Source of the DNA: Candidatus Poribacteria bacterium
GTDB lineage: Bacteria; Poribacteria; WGA-4E; PCPOR2b
Reading direction: 5' to 3'
Assembly: GCA_965116925.1 (NCBI GenBank)
Contig: OZ220744.1
Location: forward strand, 4,576,001-4,640,000
DNA: 64,000 bases
Below, piece by piece: positions 40,395-50,367 of this stretch. The notes under the pieces were generated by a model, which saw only the letters and a list, made by a program, of their open reading frames with translations, searched no databases and was not told the origin of the DNA. Each line of letters opens with the position of its first letter. Positions within the stretch are counted from its first letter, which is position 1. The translations under genes were made by a program, and so were the position numbers.

Positions 40395-41153
40395 ATGCAA
40401 CCAACTCAACCAACATGGAGACGCTATCAAGAACTTCGTCCCGACGAATTGGCGGACTGTATTAAAGCAACCCCAATCGCCTTCTGGCCTCTTGGTCTTA
40501 TCGAACATCACGGGTGGCATTTACCTGTTGGATATGATGGACTTAAAGCGGAACGCATCTGCATTCGGATCGCCGAAAACACCGGCGGAATTATCCTACC
40601 AACGATGTGGTGGGGCGCAAATGGCGGCCACGGGGATTTTCTCTGGACGCACTATCAACCGGAGGAAGCGACCGTTGCGATTCTGGTCAATACCACCAAA
40701 CAGCTGATCAGATTTGGGTTTCGGATTATCGTGCTACTCGCAGGACACTATCCTTGGCAGGGGATACTAGAAAAACATATTCCGCCGGTCCAACAAGCGC
40801 ATCCCAACACCTTTTTTTTATGGGGTACAGAAATGTCAATCTGCGGAGAAACCGTAAAACTCCCCGGTGATCACGCGGCGCGGGAGGAGACCTCCTACGG
40901 ACTCTGTCTATTCCCGGAGTTCATCGATATAAACACCCTGCATTCAGGACGGGATACATCAGCTTGGCCCAAGGGCGAAGTTCCTCCTGTCGAGAATCGC
41001 CATCCTGGTGTGTGCTTTGATCCAAACGACCCGCTGTTTGGACAGATGGGAGAGGATGCACGGACCGCCTCAGCAGAGAGGGGAGAGGAAGGTATTTCGC
41101 GTTTGGTCGCTCATTTGTCGGAGGTAATAGAATCTCTAGGCGAACAGGCGTAG
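40395..41153 (+). CDS. Creatininase-family protein
   Basis: G.IEHHGWHLPVGYD, DHAA.EETS. Confidence 0.85.
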   Translation: MQPTQPTWRRYQELRPDELADCIKATPIAFWPLGLIEHHGWHLPVGYDGLKAERICIRIAENTGGIILPTMWWGANGGHGDFLWTHYQPEEATVAILVNTTKQLIRFGFRIIVLLAGHYPWQGILEKHIPPVQQAHPNTFFLWGTEMSICGETVKLPGDHAAREETSYGLCLFPEFIDINTLHSGRDTSAWPKGEVPPVENRHPGVCFDPNDPLFGQMGEDARTASAERGEEGISRLVAHLSEVIESLGEQA

Positions 41154-41261
41154 AAGTGCAGTTGGAAAAAAGAAACCGAGTTTTTTCGCAAGTAAGGGCG
41201 GGGTGACCCCGCCCCTACGCAAGACCGAGAGTCCTAATGGCAACGAATGCAGATGCAAGCC

Positions 41262-42539
41262 CTACTTTTTCACGCGCTGCCCGCCTTCGATAGCGAGAAG
41301 AAACGCCTTCCCATCTTCCGACATCTCCGCCTCTTCGGGCGGCTTGCCTTCAAGTTCTTTCCTCAGCGCGGGATAAGCGGTGACAGCAGGTATCTCGTCA
41401 AGCTTTGTGAGCGGTGGAATACGAGACTCAGCAGCTTCAATTATGGAAGCAAGCCTTTCAAGTTTTTGCTTTTGGTGTAGTTCGTCCCGTTCTTTGAATT
41501 CGGGCATGACACGCGATGCAAGTAGTTCCAAAGATTCGCAGATATCTTCGTGACGGTTGCGGCCTGCCTGCTGGATAAAAACTACCTGATCTACCCCCAT
41601 CTCTTCGTATTTCAGCAGATGTTCGCGGAGTTGATCTGGTGTGCCGATGCCGCCTCTCGCTTCACGGGGTGGCTCTGGAGCTGTCTGAAACGACTCCCAA
41701 ACGTCCGTGTGACCGGGGACATGGGATCCTACGACATAATAGTGTGAGAGTCCATGCGTGAAAAATCGTAAGCCCTCCAAGCCTCGCTCGATGGCTGTCT
41801 CTTCATCCTCATGGCATGAGAAACCACTCACCATTGCGACACTCAGATTCACCGCCTGACCGATGGGCTGACACTCCTTCTCGGCAATCTCATAATACTC
41901 CTCGACCCAAAACTTTGCATCATCTGGATGGACAAACGCAAACGTTAAAGCGCCCATACCGTTCCGTGCCGCGTACCGCATCGTGTCTCGACTGGGACAG
42001 GCAACCCAGATAGGTGGGTGCGGCTTCTGCACCGGCTTTGGCAAAACGTTTCGGGGCGGCATCGAAAAGTAGTTCCCTTCAAAACCTGCGTATGGCGTCT
42101 GCACCATCATTTTGGCAGCTTCGCGGGTGCACTCCTCCCACATCTCACGTTTTAGTTCAGGTTCGACTCTGAAACCATCGAGTTCTATGTGCGAAGCGGA
42201 TTCGCCGGTGCCCCACTCCACACGTCCGTTTGAGACGAGATCGAGTGTCGCGATCCGCTCGGCAACACGGGCGGGATGATTGTATGCGGGCGGCATCAGC
42301 ACAATGCCGTGACCGAGCCGAATCTGCTTTGTCCGCTGACTGCACGCGGCGAGGAACACTTCGGGAGCGGAGGAGTGAGAGTACTCCTCAAGGAAATGGT
42401 GTTCGACCTCCCACACATAATCATAGCCGAGTTGATCCGCAAGTTCGACCTGATTGAGGGCGTCTTGGAATAGCTTCAGTTCATCGCCATCGTTCCACGG
42501 ACGCGGGATCTGGTGTTCGTAGAATATACCAAATTGCAC
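41262..42539 (-). CDS. LLM-class flavin-dependent oxidoreductase
   Basis: VEHHF.EEYSHSSAPE, AERIATLD.VSNGR, PKPVQKPHPPIW; GTG start. Confidence 0.92.
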   Translation of the reverse strand: MQFGIFYEHQIPRPWNDGDELKLFQDALNQVELADQLGYDYVWEVEHHFLEEYSHSSAPEVFLAACSQRTKQIRLGHGIVLMPPAYNHPARVAERIATLDLVSNGRVEWGTGESASHIELDGFRVEPELKREMWEECTREAAKMMVQTPYAGFEGNYFSMPPRNVLPKPVQKPHPPIWVACPSRDTMRYAARNGMGALTFAFVHPDDAKFWVEEYYEIAEKECQPIGQAVNLSVAMVSGFSCHEDEETAIERGLEGLRFFTHGLSHYYVVGSHVPGHTDVWESFQTAPEPPREARGGIGTPDQLREHLLKYEEMGVDQVVFIQQAGRNRHEDICESLELLASRVMPEFKERDELHQKQKLERLASIIEAAESRIPPLTKLDEIPAVTAYPALRKELEGKPPEEAEMSEDGKAFLLAIEGGQRVKK

Positions 42540-42555
42540 AGGTCACGACCTCCAC

Positions 42556-43581
42556 TTAGTTCCCTGAAGATTTAGAGGGCATTGAACCTTCGTCATGCCA
42601 AATGCCAATTTCTTTGTAATAGCGGATTGCCCCGGGGTGAAACGGTGTGCCGGTATCCTTCACAACATTCTTGGGGTTTATCGCCTTACCCGCGGGGTGT
42701 ATCTTCACGACTTCGGCACGCTGTTCATAGAGGGTTTTGGTGAACTGGTAAACTGTTTCCACATCCAAATTTGCAGCGGTAATCAGGTGCATGGCACCGA
42801 CATTCATACCGTGGAAGGGTTCGTCTTGACCCCGATACGTCCCCGCAGGGATAACAACAGCGTTAAAAAAGGGGTAGTTTTCAAACAGACGCTGTTTCGC
42901 TGCATCATCAAACGGGATGAAAAAGATGTTCTGGGACGCACCGGCTCGTGTAATCGATGCGGTCGGGACCGCTCCACCCAAGAACGCAGCGGCGGCGGAA
43001 CCGTCAGCGAGCATATCAACGGCACCCGCTTGGGTGTTGTGAAGCGGCGTAAAATCTTGATAAGTCACGCCGTGTGCAGCCAAGATCGGCTCCAGAAAAT
43101 ACTCAAATCCCGCGCCTGCGGGGCCCACCACCGCACGCTTTCCCTTCAAATCCGAAAGGGTCTTTACGCCGGAGGATCGTGGCGTGATAAAGAGGGCAAC
43201 ATTGGGCGCAAGGGTCATCACCACTCGGATGGGTTGTTCCCCTTTCCATGCCCCTTCACCCCGAACAGCGAAATAAGAGATAGCGGCATTGGCAAGCGCA
43301 AATTCTAACTCACCCTTGGCGAGACGCCGGATATTCTCCTGTGTGCCTTTGGTCGCTTCTGCAGAAACTTCCCAGTTCAGGTCGTCTGTATGGTTGCTGA
43401 CGACCTGCGCGATCGCACCACCGACGACGAAAAACGCCCCACCCGGCGGTGCCGTGCCCACGCTGAGAAATTTACGTTTTTGCGCGCTAACGTTAGAAGT
43501 GGTGAAACTTAGTGAAACGATAAGTCCAATAATCACAAGGCAGATCAAGTTGATTCGTTTGCATTTTTTCGTTAAATTCAT
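42556..43581 (-). CDS. TAXI-family TRAP transporter solute-binding protein
   Basis: GTAPPGG.F..VG, T.GT.EN, IPAGTY.G, PFHPGAIRYY; signal peptide. Confidence 0.9.
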   Translation of the reverse strand: MNLTKKCKRINLICLVIIGLIVSLSFTTSNVSAQKRKFLSVGTAPPGGAFFVVGGAIAQVVSNHTDDLNWEVSAEATKGTQENIRRLAKGELEFALANAAISYFAVRGEGAWKGEQPIRVVMTLAPNVALFITPRSSGVKTLSDLKGKRAVVGPAGAGFEYFLEPILAAHGVTYQDFTPLHNTQAGAVDMLADGSAAAAFLGGAVPTASITRAGASQNIFFIPFDDAAKQRLFENYPFFNAVVIPAGTYRGQDEPFHGMNVGAMHLITAANLDVETVYQFTKTLYEQRAEVVKIHPAGKAINPKNVVKDTGTPFHPGAIRYYKEIGIWHDEGSMPSKSSGN

Positions 43582-43677
43582 TTTTCTATTCCTTTGACAA
43601 GAATTAATTAGCCCACGTTGATGGGCTCTGTTGACATTTGACAAATTAAGTCAATCCTGATGCACTTGAATTTTGTT

Positions 43678-44106
43678 TCAGCGGTTCTCGTCTGTCCACA
43701 AGCAGCGATCAGGTCCATCGCACTGGTAAGGCACCATTTTTGATAAGCTGCCTACGCTGTACTCCGGGAATTCACGCCCTGCTTCTATAACATACCCTTC
43801 GTTTGTAAAAATAGGCAATTCTAATTTGGCGAGCGCATCAAAAGGTTCGATTTCCAGCCACACATCCAGCTCACCCTCCACTGTTTTGTAAATGAAATCT
43901 GCGGAATGGCTTTCATGTTTCAGAATCACAATTGCACCGGATTGTTTGACCGCTCCGTTAGATGAGCGGACTTTCAAGCCCACGACAAGGTCGGCTGTTG
44001 GTAGGGGATCCGATTTGACCTTAAACCATAAGCCGTGGGCAGATCCCTCCGGTGCTCCTTCATTTGGACCGAGAATTTGGAATGTGACAGTTGGGATCAC
44101 ACTCAT
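43678..44106 (-). CDS. Hypothetical protein
   Basis: 142-aa ORF with a GGAG RBS. Confidence 0.5.
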   Translation of the reverse strand: MSVIPTVTFQILGPNEGAPEGSAHGLWFKVKSDPLPTADLVVGLKVRSSNGAVKQSGAIVILKHESHSADFIYKTVEGELDVWLEIEPFDALAKLELPIFTNEGYVIEAGREFPEYSVGSLSKMVPYQCDGPDRCLWTDENR

Positions 44107-44218
44107 AATTTATTTCTCCGTTTCATAGTGGATTTTAACAATTAACGGTACAGTGTGAATAGGCAAGATTGGTAAACCTCATTAGCATAGTAAAAGTGCC
44201 AGTGCTTCTACTATCGTT

Positions 44219-44350
44219 TTATGGCAGAATCATTTCCACTGCAGCTAAATCCAGCGTATTGACAACGCCATCTCCATTCACATCGACATTCAGATTTTGA
44301 ACTTCATTTCCAATCTGGTTGACAACCACAATCAAATCTAAGATGTTCAC
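44219..44350 (-). pseudogene. Detached dockerin-like (EF-hand) module fragment
   Basis: Hand translation VNILDLIVVVNQIG...VDVNGDGVVNTLDLAAV; its GTG overlaps the LRR gene's TGA in another frame. Confidence 0.7.
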
Positions 44351-46539
44351 TTAAAAAAGATCTCAACCCCTCTGCTCTGGAGAGCGGGAATATGGGTGTT
44401 GATGGATTCGGCATTCAAGGGATTTCCCCGGACATCAACTATATCTTCACTCCCTAGCTCCGTATTTGGCACGAGGGGTGAAATATCCGAGATGCTGTTG
44501 TCGAAAAGCGACAATTCTGTTAAGGTAGCCAGTGCCGCCAACGCTGAGATGTCCGTGATGTTGTTCTTGCCAAGATACAGCCATGTCAGCGAAGTTGCTG
44601 CTTCAAGCCCTGTCAAATCGTTTATGTTGGCGTTAGAAGCCTCAAGCGTCGTCAACATTGCCATATCGTCCAGTGTAATGGACTCCCCTACCGGTTTGCC
44701 GAGTTCTGATTCAATCACAACTTCAATCTTAGCGCGGAGATTTGGGTCGGGGATATTCACCGGGGTGTCAGACCGAACACGAACCCCCCTTCTCTGGAGG
44801 GTAGGGATATGTATGTTGATGGATTCGACACTCAGGGGGTTTCCATCCACACTAACAGAATTGTCCCTCCCAAATCCCGTATTTGAAATCAGAGGTGAGA
44901 GATCCGATATGGCGTTGTTCCGAAGTGTCAGATGTACCAAGTTGGGCAACTTCGACAACGCCGATATGTCCGATACACTGTTGCTGTTAAGCGTCAGATT
45001 GGTCAGATTAGCCAATCCTGACAACGGGGAGATGTCCGTGATGCTGTTGCCGTGAAGCTCCAATCTTGTCAGGTGAGTTAAGCCAGACAGCGGGGAGATG
45101 TCTATGATGCTGTTGTTACCTAGCTCTAGCCTTGTCAGGTGAGTTAATCCCGATAATGCTGATATATCCGAGGTGCTGTTGCTGCCTAGCTCCAGTCTTG
45201 TCAGATTAGTCAACCCTGATAACGCTGATATATCCGAGATGCTGTTCCTGCTAAGCATCAGATTGGTTAGATTAGCCAATCCTGACAACGGGGATAGGTC
45301 CGTAATGTTGTTGTCGGAAAGCCACAGGTAGGTCAGATTGGTCAGTCCCGACAACATTGATAGGTCCGTGATGCCGACATCAGAAAGCACTAGTTTTGTC
45401 AGGTGAGGTAACCCCGACAACGGTGAAATATCCGATATATCGTTACCAAAAAGATCTAGGGCAGTCAGGTGGGTCAATCCCGACAACACTGATAGGTCCG
45501 TGATGCCGGTATGAGAAAGCGTCAGGTCTGTCAGATTGGGCAACCCCAACAATGGTGAAATGTCCGATATATCGTTACCAAAAAGATCTAGGGCAGTCAG
45601 GTTGATTGCCGCTTCAAGCCCCGTCAAATCACTGATGTCAGCTCGATCGGCTTCAAGCGTGGTCAAACTCTCCATATCCGCTGCTGTGATCGGAGCAATG
45701 GACGTTCTGCTGAGTTCCCTCTCAATCTCAGCGCGGAGGTTGGGATCGGGTATTTCTACAGATTCATCAGCAATAGGCTTACGCTCGCCATCGACCGATT
45801 CAAGACGCGATATGCCAATGCTGTCCGCTCGCTTTCCAAGAATCTGGATGGCTGTTTCTTCGAGTCGTTTCAATAACTCTACCGAGAGGGTCGTCCGTGG
45901 ACTGGCATGTTGCCGCTCGTCCCGCGTCAGCGAAACTGCCTTCGACACTTCTGCCTCTATCGCCATGATCGCGTCATAATCTGCGATCGACGCCTTAGCG
46001 ACCTTGACAACTAAATCTAGCGGGAGCTCAACAGCTCGACTCGTATTCCGCTCCCGCATCTCGTTATAAAACTCATCAAACTGACTAATCTTATATGTGT
46101 AAGGGATAAGCACCTTATTATCCGTTACCATTACTTTTCCACCAGGTCGAAAGATATGGTAGTTGACCTGAGATCCTATCATAAAGAGCAAGAGCCGCTC
46201 GCCTAGTCTAAATTTGAGGCTACCCGATATGTGCCAGTTTATGCGCTTGCCTCTGTGTTTTTTCATGCCAGCCTTGCCCATAACTCTAAACCTCAGCAGA
46301 CGATCCCCGACCGCTGGGTCGCCTTTTATCACGGACTCCACGCTTAGGGTGATAGACGTTGAGTGGGCTTCGGGTATTAACCTCATGCCTGTCACTTTCC
46401 CCAGGACAACTAGATCGGTGTGCTTCACCAGATTCGCTATATTGGAGTCCCATGATGGCGTTGCAAGGGTAAGTGCATCTGATGAGTAGGGGCCGAATAG
46501 GAACAAAATCAGCAGCGTGAATGTTGCAAAAACTTTCAT
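44347..46539 (-). CDS. Secreted internalin-like leucine-rich-repeat protein
   Basis: Two 'IPDPNLRA' caps, 22-aa LRRs (LSGLTNLTxLxLxxNxIxDIS), signal peptide at MKVFATF. Confidence 0.92.
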   Translation of the reverse strand: MKVFATFTLLILFLFGPYSSDALTLATPSWDSNIANLVKHTDLVVLGKVTGMRLIPEAHSTSITLSVESVIKGDPAVGDRLLRFRVMGKAGMKKHRGKRINWHISGSLKFRLGERLLLFMIGSQVNYHIFRPGGKVMVTDNKVLIPYTYKISQFDEFYNEMRERNTSRAVELPLDLVVKVAKASIADYDAIMAIEAEVSKAVSLTRDERQHASPRTTLSVELLKRLEETAIQILGKRADSIGISRLESVDGERKPIADESVEIPDPNLRAEIERELSRTSIAPITAADMESLTTLEADRADISDLTGLEAAINLTALDLFGNDISDISPLLGLPNLTDLTLSHTGITDLSVLSGLTHLTALDLFGNDISDISPLSGLPHLTKLVLSDVGITDLSMLSGLTNLTYLWLSDNNITDLSPLSGLANLTNLMLSRNSISDISALSGLTNLTRLELGSNSTSDISALSGLTHLTRLELGNNSIIDISPLSGLTHLTRLELHGNSITDISPLSGLANLTNLTLNSNSVSDISALSKLPNLVHLTLRNNAISDLSPLISNTGFGRDNSVSVDGNPLSVESINIHIPTLQRRGVRVRSDTPVNIPDPNLRAKIEVVIESELGKPVGESITLDDMAMLTTLEASNANINDLTGLEAATSLTWLYLGKNNITDISALAALATLTELSLFDNSISDISPLVPNTELGSEDIVDVRGNPLNAESINTHIPALQSRGVEIFFK

Positions 46540-46628
46540 TTTTGACTTCCTGTCAATGTAATCCAAGAGATGAATACGGCGCGATGCTCCCATCTTCACC
46601 CGACACAACCTTTAACTAATAAATTATA

Positions 46629-47705
46629 CTAGCCGACCCGATACCGTTCAACCGCATCCATATCGAGCTTCACCCCCAGTCCTGGTCCGTCCGGAACCTT
46701 TGCCAGCCCGTCTTTAATAATCAACGGTTCAGCAAGAAGTGAATGCTCTAGCAGTATGTAAAGCGAAACGTGGCTCAATGACGCATTCGGGAGGGCGGCG
46801 GCGAGATGTACCATAAAGACTGCGGAGACACCTGTAAAACCCATCTGGAGCCAGAACGGCTTGTTCGCAGCGGAGGCGATGTTGGCACATCGTAGGATGC
46901 CAGCGAACCATCCACCCACCACGTAATAGTCGTAGGCGGGCGAGGGAAGCGAAATTGTTGGGGAGGGTGAGCCAAAGTGGATTGCTAGCGGGAGGCTAAG
47001 TTCTTTCTTCAGCCGCAGATACCCCTCAACGTCCTCCTGAACGATTGGCGATTCCAAGCACTTGACATGGGGATATTCTTTCAACCGTCGACCGAAGGAG
47101 AGGGCGCGCTCCACAGTGCCGAAGGTAGTGTTAGCATCAATCGTGAGTTCGTAATCCTCCGGTGCTACATCTGCAATGGCTTGAACCTGTTCCACCACGT
47201 CAGTGTGGGCGCGGCGTTTGAATTTATGCACTCGGAAGCCGCTTTCTAGCGCAATTTTTACCTCCTTTTGCATCACCTCCGGCGGGAAACACTGCGACCA
47301 ATATGCGATTGGTGCACTCTCCTGACAGGGACCGAACATCTGTGCCATCGGCAGTCCGACCGCCTGACCCATCAGGTCGTAAAAGGCGATCTGAAGAGGT
47401 CCCGCGCTATCATCCATGATAAATTCAAAGGGGCTTCTGCCTAGATAGGTCTGGAGTTTCTCTTCGGGGATACCTGCGCCTTCGCCGATTCCCACACAGC
47501 CCTCATCGGTGTGCACACGATAGATCGACGTTTCCACAGTGGGCGGCGACGATTCACGCCACTGTCTTTCAAACTCGCTTCGATTTGCTTGAAGTTCATC
47601 ATCCGTTGCGCGATTGCCGAAGTTCCAGCCTTTCTGAAGATGGTCTCGCACACGCTCCATATATGGGATCTCCACAGGAATCTGCTCAATTTGGGTAATT
47701 TTCAC
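46629..47705 (-). CDS. Mandelate racemase/muconate lactonizing enzyme family protein
   Basis: KFK, IDAN, LESP, PDGPGLGV; GTG start with a GAAAGG RBS. Confidence 0.85.
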   Translation of the reverse strand: MKITQIEQIPVEIPYMERVRDHLQKGWNFGNRATDDELQANRSEFERQWRESSPPTVETSIYRVHTDEGCVGIGEGAGIPEEKLQTYLGRSPFEFIMDDSAGPLQIAFYDLMGQAVGLPMAQMFGPCQESAPIAYWSQCFPPEVMQKEVKIALESGFRVHKFKRRAHTDVVEQVQAIADVAPEDYELTIDANTTFGTVERALSFGRRLKEYPHVKCLESPIVQEDVEGYLRLKKELSLPLAIHFGSPSPTISLPSPAYDYYVVGGWFAGILRCANIASAANKPFWLQMGFTGVSAVFMVHLAAALPNASLSHVSLYILLEHSLLAEPLIIKDGLAKVPDGPGLGVKLDMDAVERYRVG

Positions 47706-47821
47706 GGTTTTTCCTTTCGCATGGTAATCTTTATAGGACTCACGCGTTTCAGGGCGGGGCAAGATGCCCCGCCTACAGTTGGCTGCATAAGTCGTTTTTA
47801 TATGTCCCGATGCCCCTCGCA

Positions 47822-48943
47822 TCATGCGCTCTTATCTCTCCAATGTGCTAACTGCTCTTCATCCAGCTCGACACCCAGTCCGGGACCTTCGGGGACATGA
47901 GCAACTTCAGGTCCAAGAGCAAGTGGGGTTTGTAGTAGATCCGCTTCATGGTAGAGCGGTCCAATGAGGTCTGCTGGGTAAGTTTCGCTGTCAATAGTGG
48001 GCATTGTAGCTGCGACGTGCAGCATCGCAGCAGTCCCAATCCCCAACTCCAAATTGCTCCCGATACTACCCACTGCGCCGGCAGCTTTTGCGACATGTAC
48101 AATTTCGAGGGTGGCACTCAACCCACCGTGCTTACCGGGATACACGCTAAAAATATCAGCGGCACGTGCATTGGCTAGCAGCCACGCATCTGCAAGTGTG
48201 AAGAGGCTTTCATCCGCCATGATTGGAATGTGTGTCGCCTCCCTGAGTTGTGCTAGCGAAGCCGGATCATCGGGAGAGATAGGTTGCTCTGCGAAGAGTA
48301 TATCGTAAGGTTCAAGTTTGGGGAGCATACGACGGGCAGTATCCAAACTCCAACCACAATTGACGTCAATGCCGATCGGAATCGTCGGACCGGCAACTTC
48401 TCGCACCGCTTTAACACGCTGCAGATCCGTTTCTGGATCGAGTCCGACCTTGACCTTCAGGCAACGGACTCCCCAATCGAGGAATCGCTCCGCCAGACTG
48501 ACCGCTTGGGGAACAGCGAACGCCCCGACTACCATCTTGATCGGAATTTCGTCCCGTACGCGTCCACCGAGTAATTGGTAAACAGGCACCCCTGCTGCTT
48601 TTCCGGCTAAATCCCACAGCGCCATCTCTACCGCCGCCTTTGTGAATGGGTTGAGCTTAATCTCTTTATCCATGATCGCTCGCAGCGAATTGATCTGGGT
48701 GGGGTCTGTGCCAACGAGTGCGGGGGCAATCAGTTCCTCTATGGCAGCGACACAACCGCGACTGGTTTCACCACTCCAGCGAGGTGCAACCGTCGCTTCG
48801 CCCAGACCGACTAAATCCGTATCGGTGTGGATGCGGACGATGACGTAGGGCGAGTCGATATGTTCGCCGTGGGCGGTCTTTGTTGTTAAGCCCGCCTTCA
48901 AGGGAACTCGGACGGGGATCGGTTCAATCTGTGTAATTCTCAT
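47822..48943 (-). CDS. Muconate cycloisomerase-like enolase-superfamily enzyme
   Basis: AAVEMALWDL.GK, KVKVG, DVN, EQP, ADES, GPGLGVE. Confidence 0.9.
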   Translation of the reverse strand: MRITQIEPIPVRVPLKAGLTTKTAHGEHIDSPYVIVRIHTDTDLVGLGEATVAPRWSGETSRGCVAAIEELIAPALVGTDPTQINSLRAIMDKEIKLNPFTKAAVEMALWDLAGKAAGVPVYQLLGGRVRDEIPIKMVVGAFAVPQAVSLAERFLDWGVRCLKVKVGLDPETDLQRVKAVREVAGPTIPIGIDVNCGWSLDTARRMLPKLEPYDILFAEQPISPDDPASLAQLREATHIPIMADESLFTLADAWLLANARAADIFSVYPGKHGGLSATLEIVHVAKAAGAVGSIGSNLELGIGTAAMLHVAATMPTIDSETYPADLIGPLYHEADLLQTPLALGPEVAHVPEGPGLGVELDEEQLAHWRDKSA

Positions 48944-48978
48944 AGGCGGTCTCTGTTGGTGTAGGCGTACAGTTTTAG

Positions 48979-49872
48979 TCAGTCGAGTTGAATGAACTGT
49001 TTCCAATTTTCGTAGATAATGTTGTGAATCGCTTCTTCAGGAAACTTGGGGAACTTAGTCCCTTGGACAATATCGTTCACCTTGTGCTGTCCGGCGATAA
49101 CCTGCTCCGGGGTAGCCGAGGGAAAATCGGAACCGAAAATCAGCTTATGTTCTACCCCGTACTCAAGTGCTGTAATGAATGCTTGATAGTGCCGCCACGG
49201 ACGATAATGGAGCGCGGAGATGTCCACATACAGATTGGGATGTTTACGAATCAGGACCACGCAATCGGTCTCCCACGGATGTCCCATGTGTGCAATAATC
49301 ATACGAAGATTCGGGCAGGCGACTGCGATATCCTCCAACATAACCGGGTTGGAATATTTTAACGGTCCGGGACGAACAAAGGAGGTGCCTTGATGCCAGA
49401 TCACTGGGATATCCAACGCTTCAGCCTTTTTGAAAAGCGGTAGATGTTTCGGATCCTGCGGATCAAAGTTTTGGTAGATTGGTGCGACTTTCAGTCCGCG
49501 AAGCCCAAGTTCTTCGACGTTATAGACAAGTTGATCCACACAATCTTCATCGTTTGGATCGACCGAACACCAACCGATAAAGCGGTCTGAATGCTGGTTG
49601 ACAAAGTCAGCGACCATTTCCTGTGGGATATTGATGCCGCAGAAGGGCGCTTTCAGCCCGAACACAACAACCTTATCGCAATCCTTGGTTGCTTCAAGTA
49701 GGGTTTCAGGCGTGGAGTCGAAAGCATTTTTTTCCTCTTCCTCCTCACCGGCGAAATAGACGTCCGGCGTAATTCGCATCTTCGCTTTCTTGGCGGCAAG
49801 CGCGAATTCGACAAATTCGTCGGAATAGTGATCGGGATACCAACCGAGATTTGTGTGGATGTCAACAAGCAT
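48979..49872 (-). CDS. Amidohydrolase_2 family protein
   Basis: VDIH, PVIWHQG, IAHMGHP, FGSDFP. Confidence 0.88.
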   Translation of the reverse strand: MLVDIHTNLGWYPDHYSDEFVEFALAAKKAKMRITPDVYFAGEEEEEKNAFDSTPETLLEATKDCDKVVVFGLKAPFCGINIPQEMVADFVNQHSDRFIGWCSVDPNDEDCVDQLVYNVEELGLRGLKVAPIYQNFDPQDPKHLPLFKKAEALDIPVIWHQGTSFVRPGPLKYSNPVMLEDIAVACPNLRMIIAHMGHPWETDCVVLIRKHPNLYVDISALHYRPWRHYQAFITALEYGVEHKLIFGSDFPSATPEQVIAGQHKVNDIVQGTKFPKFPEEAIHNIIYENWKQFIQLD

Positions 49873-50217
49873 TAAAACACTCCTTTTATTTGGGATTTTT
49901 TAGCCGATCCTGCATAAAACGACGATCAGCTGAATTGAAGAGGTATGCTATCACAGCTCCATGGGTAAGTCAATTTATTCGTGATGTAAATTAGGGCTTT
50001 TTAATTCTCCCATATTATTGCCCTGATATCCCATCGGGATGCAAAACCATCTGAATCACGGATAAACACGGATTGACGGATTACATTGATAAAAGACATC
50101 AACAACAACCGGCATAAGAACGCGCAATGAATTGCGCTACTACAAACAGCGGGCGTTGCTGCGACAACGAGATATGAGTAGAGGGTCGGGATCCGGCGAT
50201 CCCTCCTACAGGAGTAC

Positions 50218-50355
50218 TATAGTAGATTTCAGAATTAATGAGACACCCCAAATCGGCTTGTCCCGATACTCGGGATACCAACCTGTCGGGATTGGAAACA
50301 GCACCTACCAAACAGGGGGAACGAAAGTGTCTATTTATTTTTTAAATTCCCTATA
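50218..50355. mobile_element. MITE-like element, copy 5 (138 bp, nested insertion)
   Basis: Same termini as copy 1; the internal REP is interrupted by a segment containing TCCCGATACTCGGGAT. Confidence 0.7.
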
Positions 50356-50367
50356 AATACCCTTATG

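Noticed and set aside
44340..44360. Programmed -1 frameshift at TTTTTTAAG joining the LRR protein to the dockerin
   Set aside because: The -1 frame has TAA immediately before the dockerin GTG, and the heptamer is not in the required phase.
6873..50355. Dispersed repeats as a CRISPR array
   Set aside because: The copies are kilobases apart, with no repeat-spacer periodicity and no cas genes.
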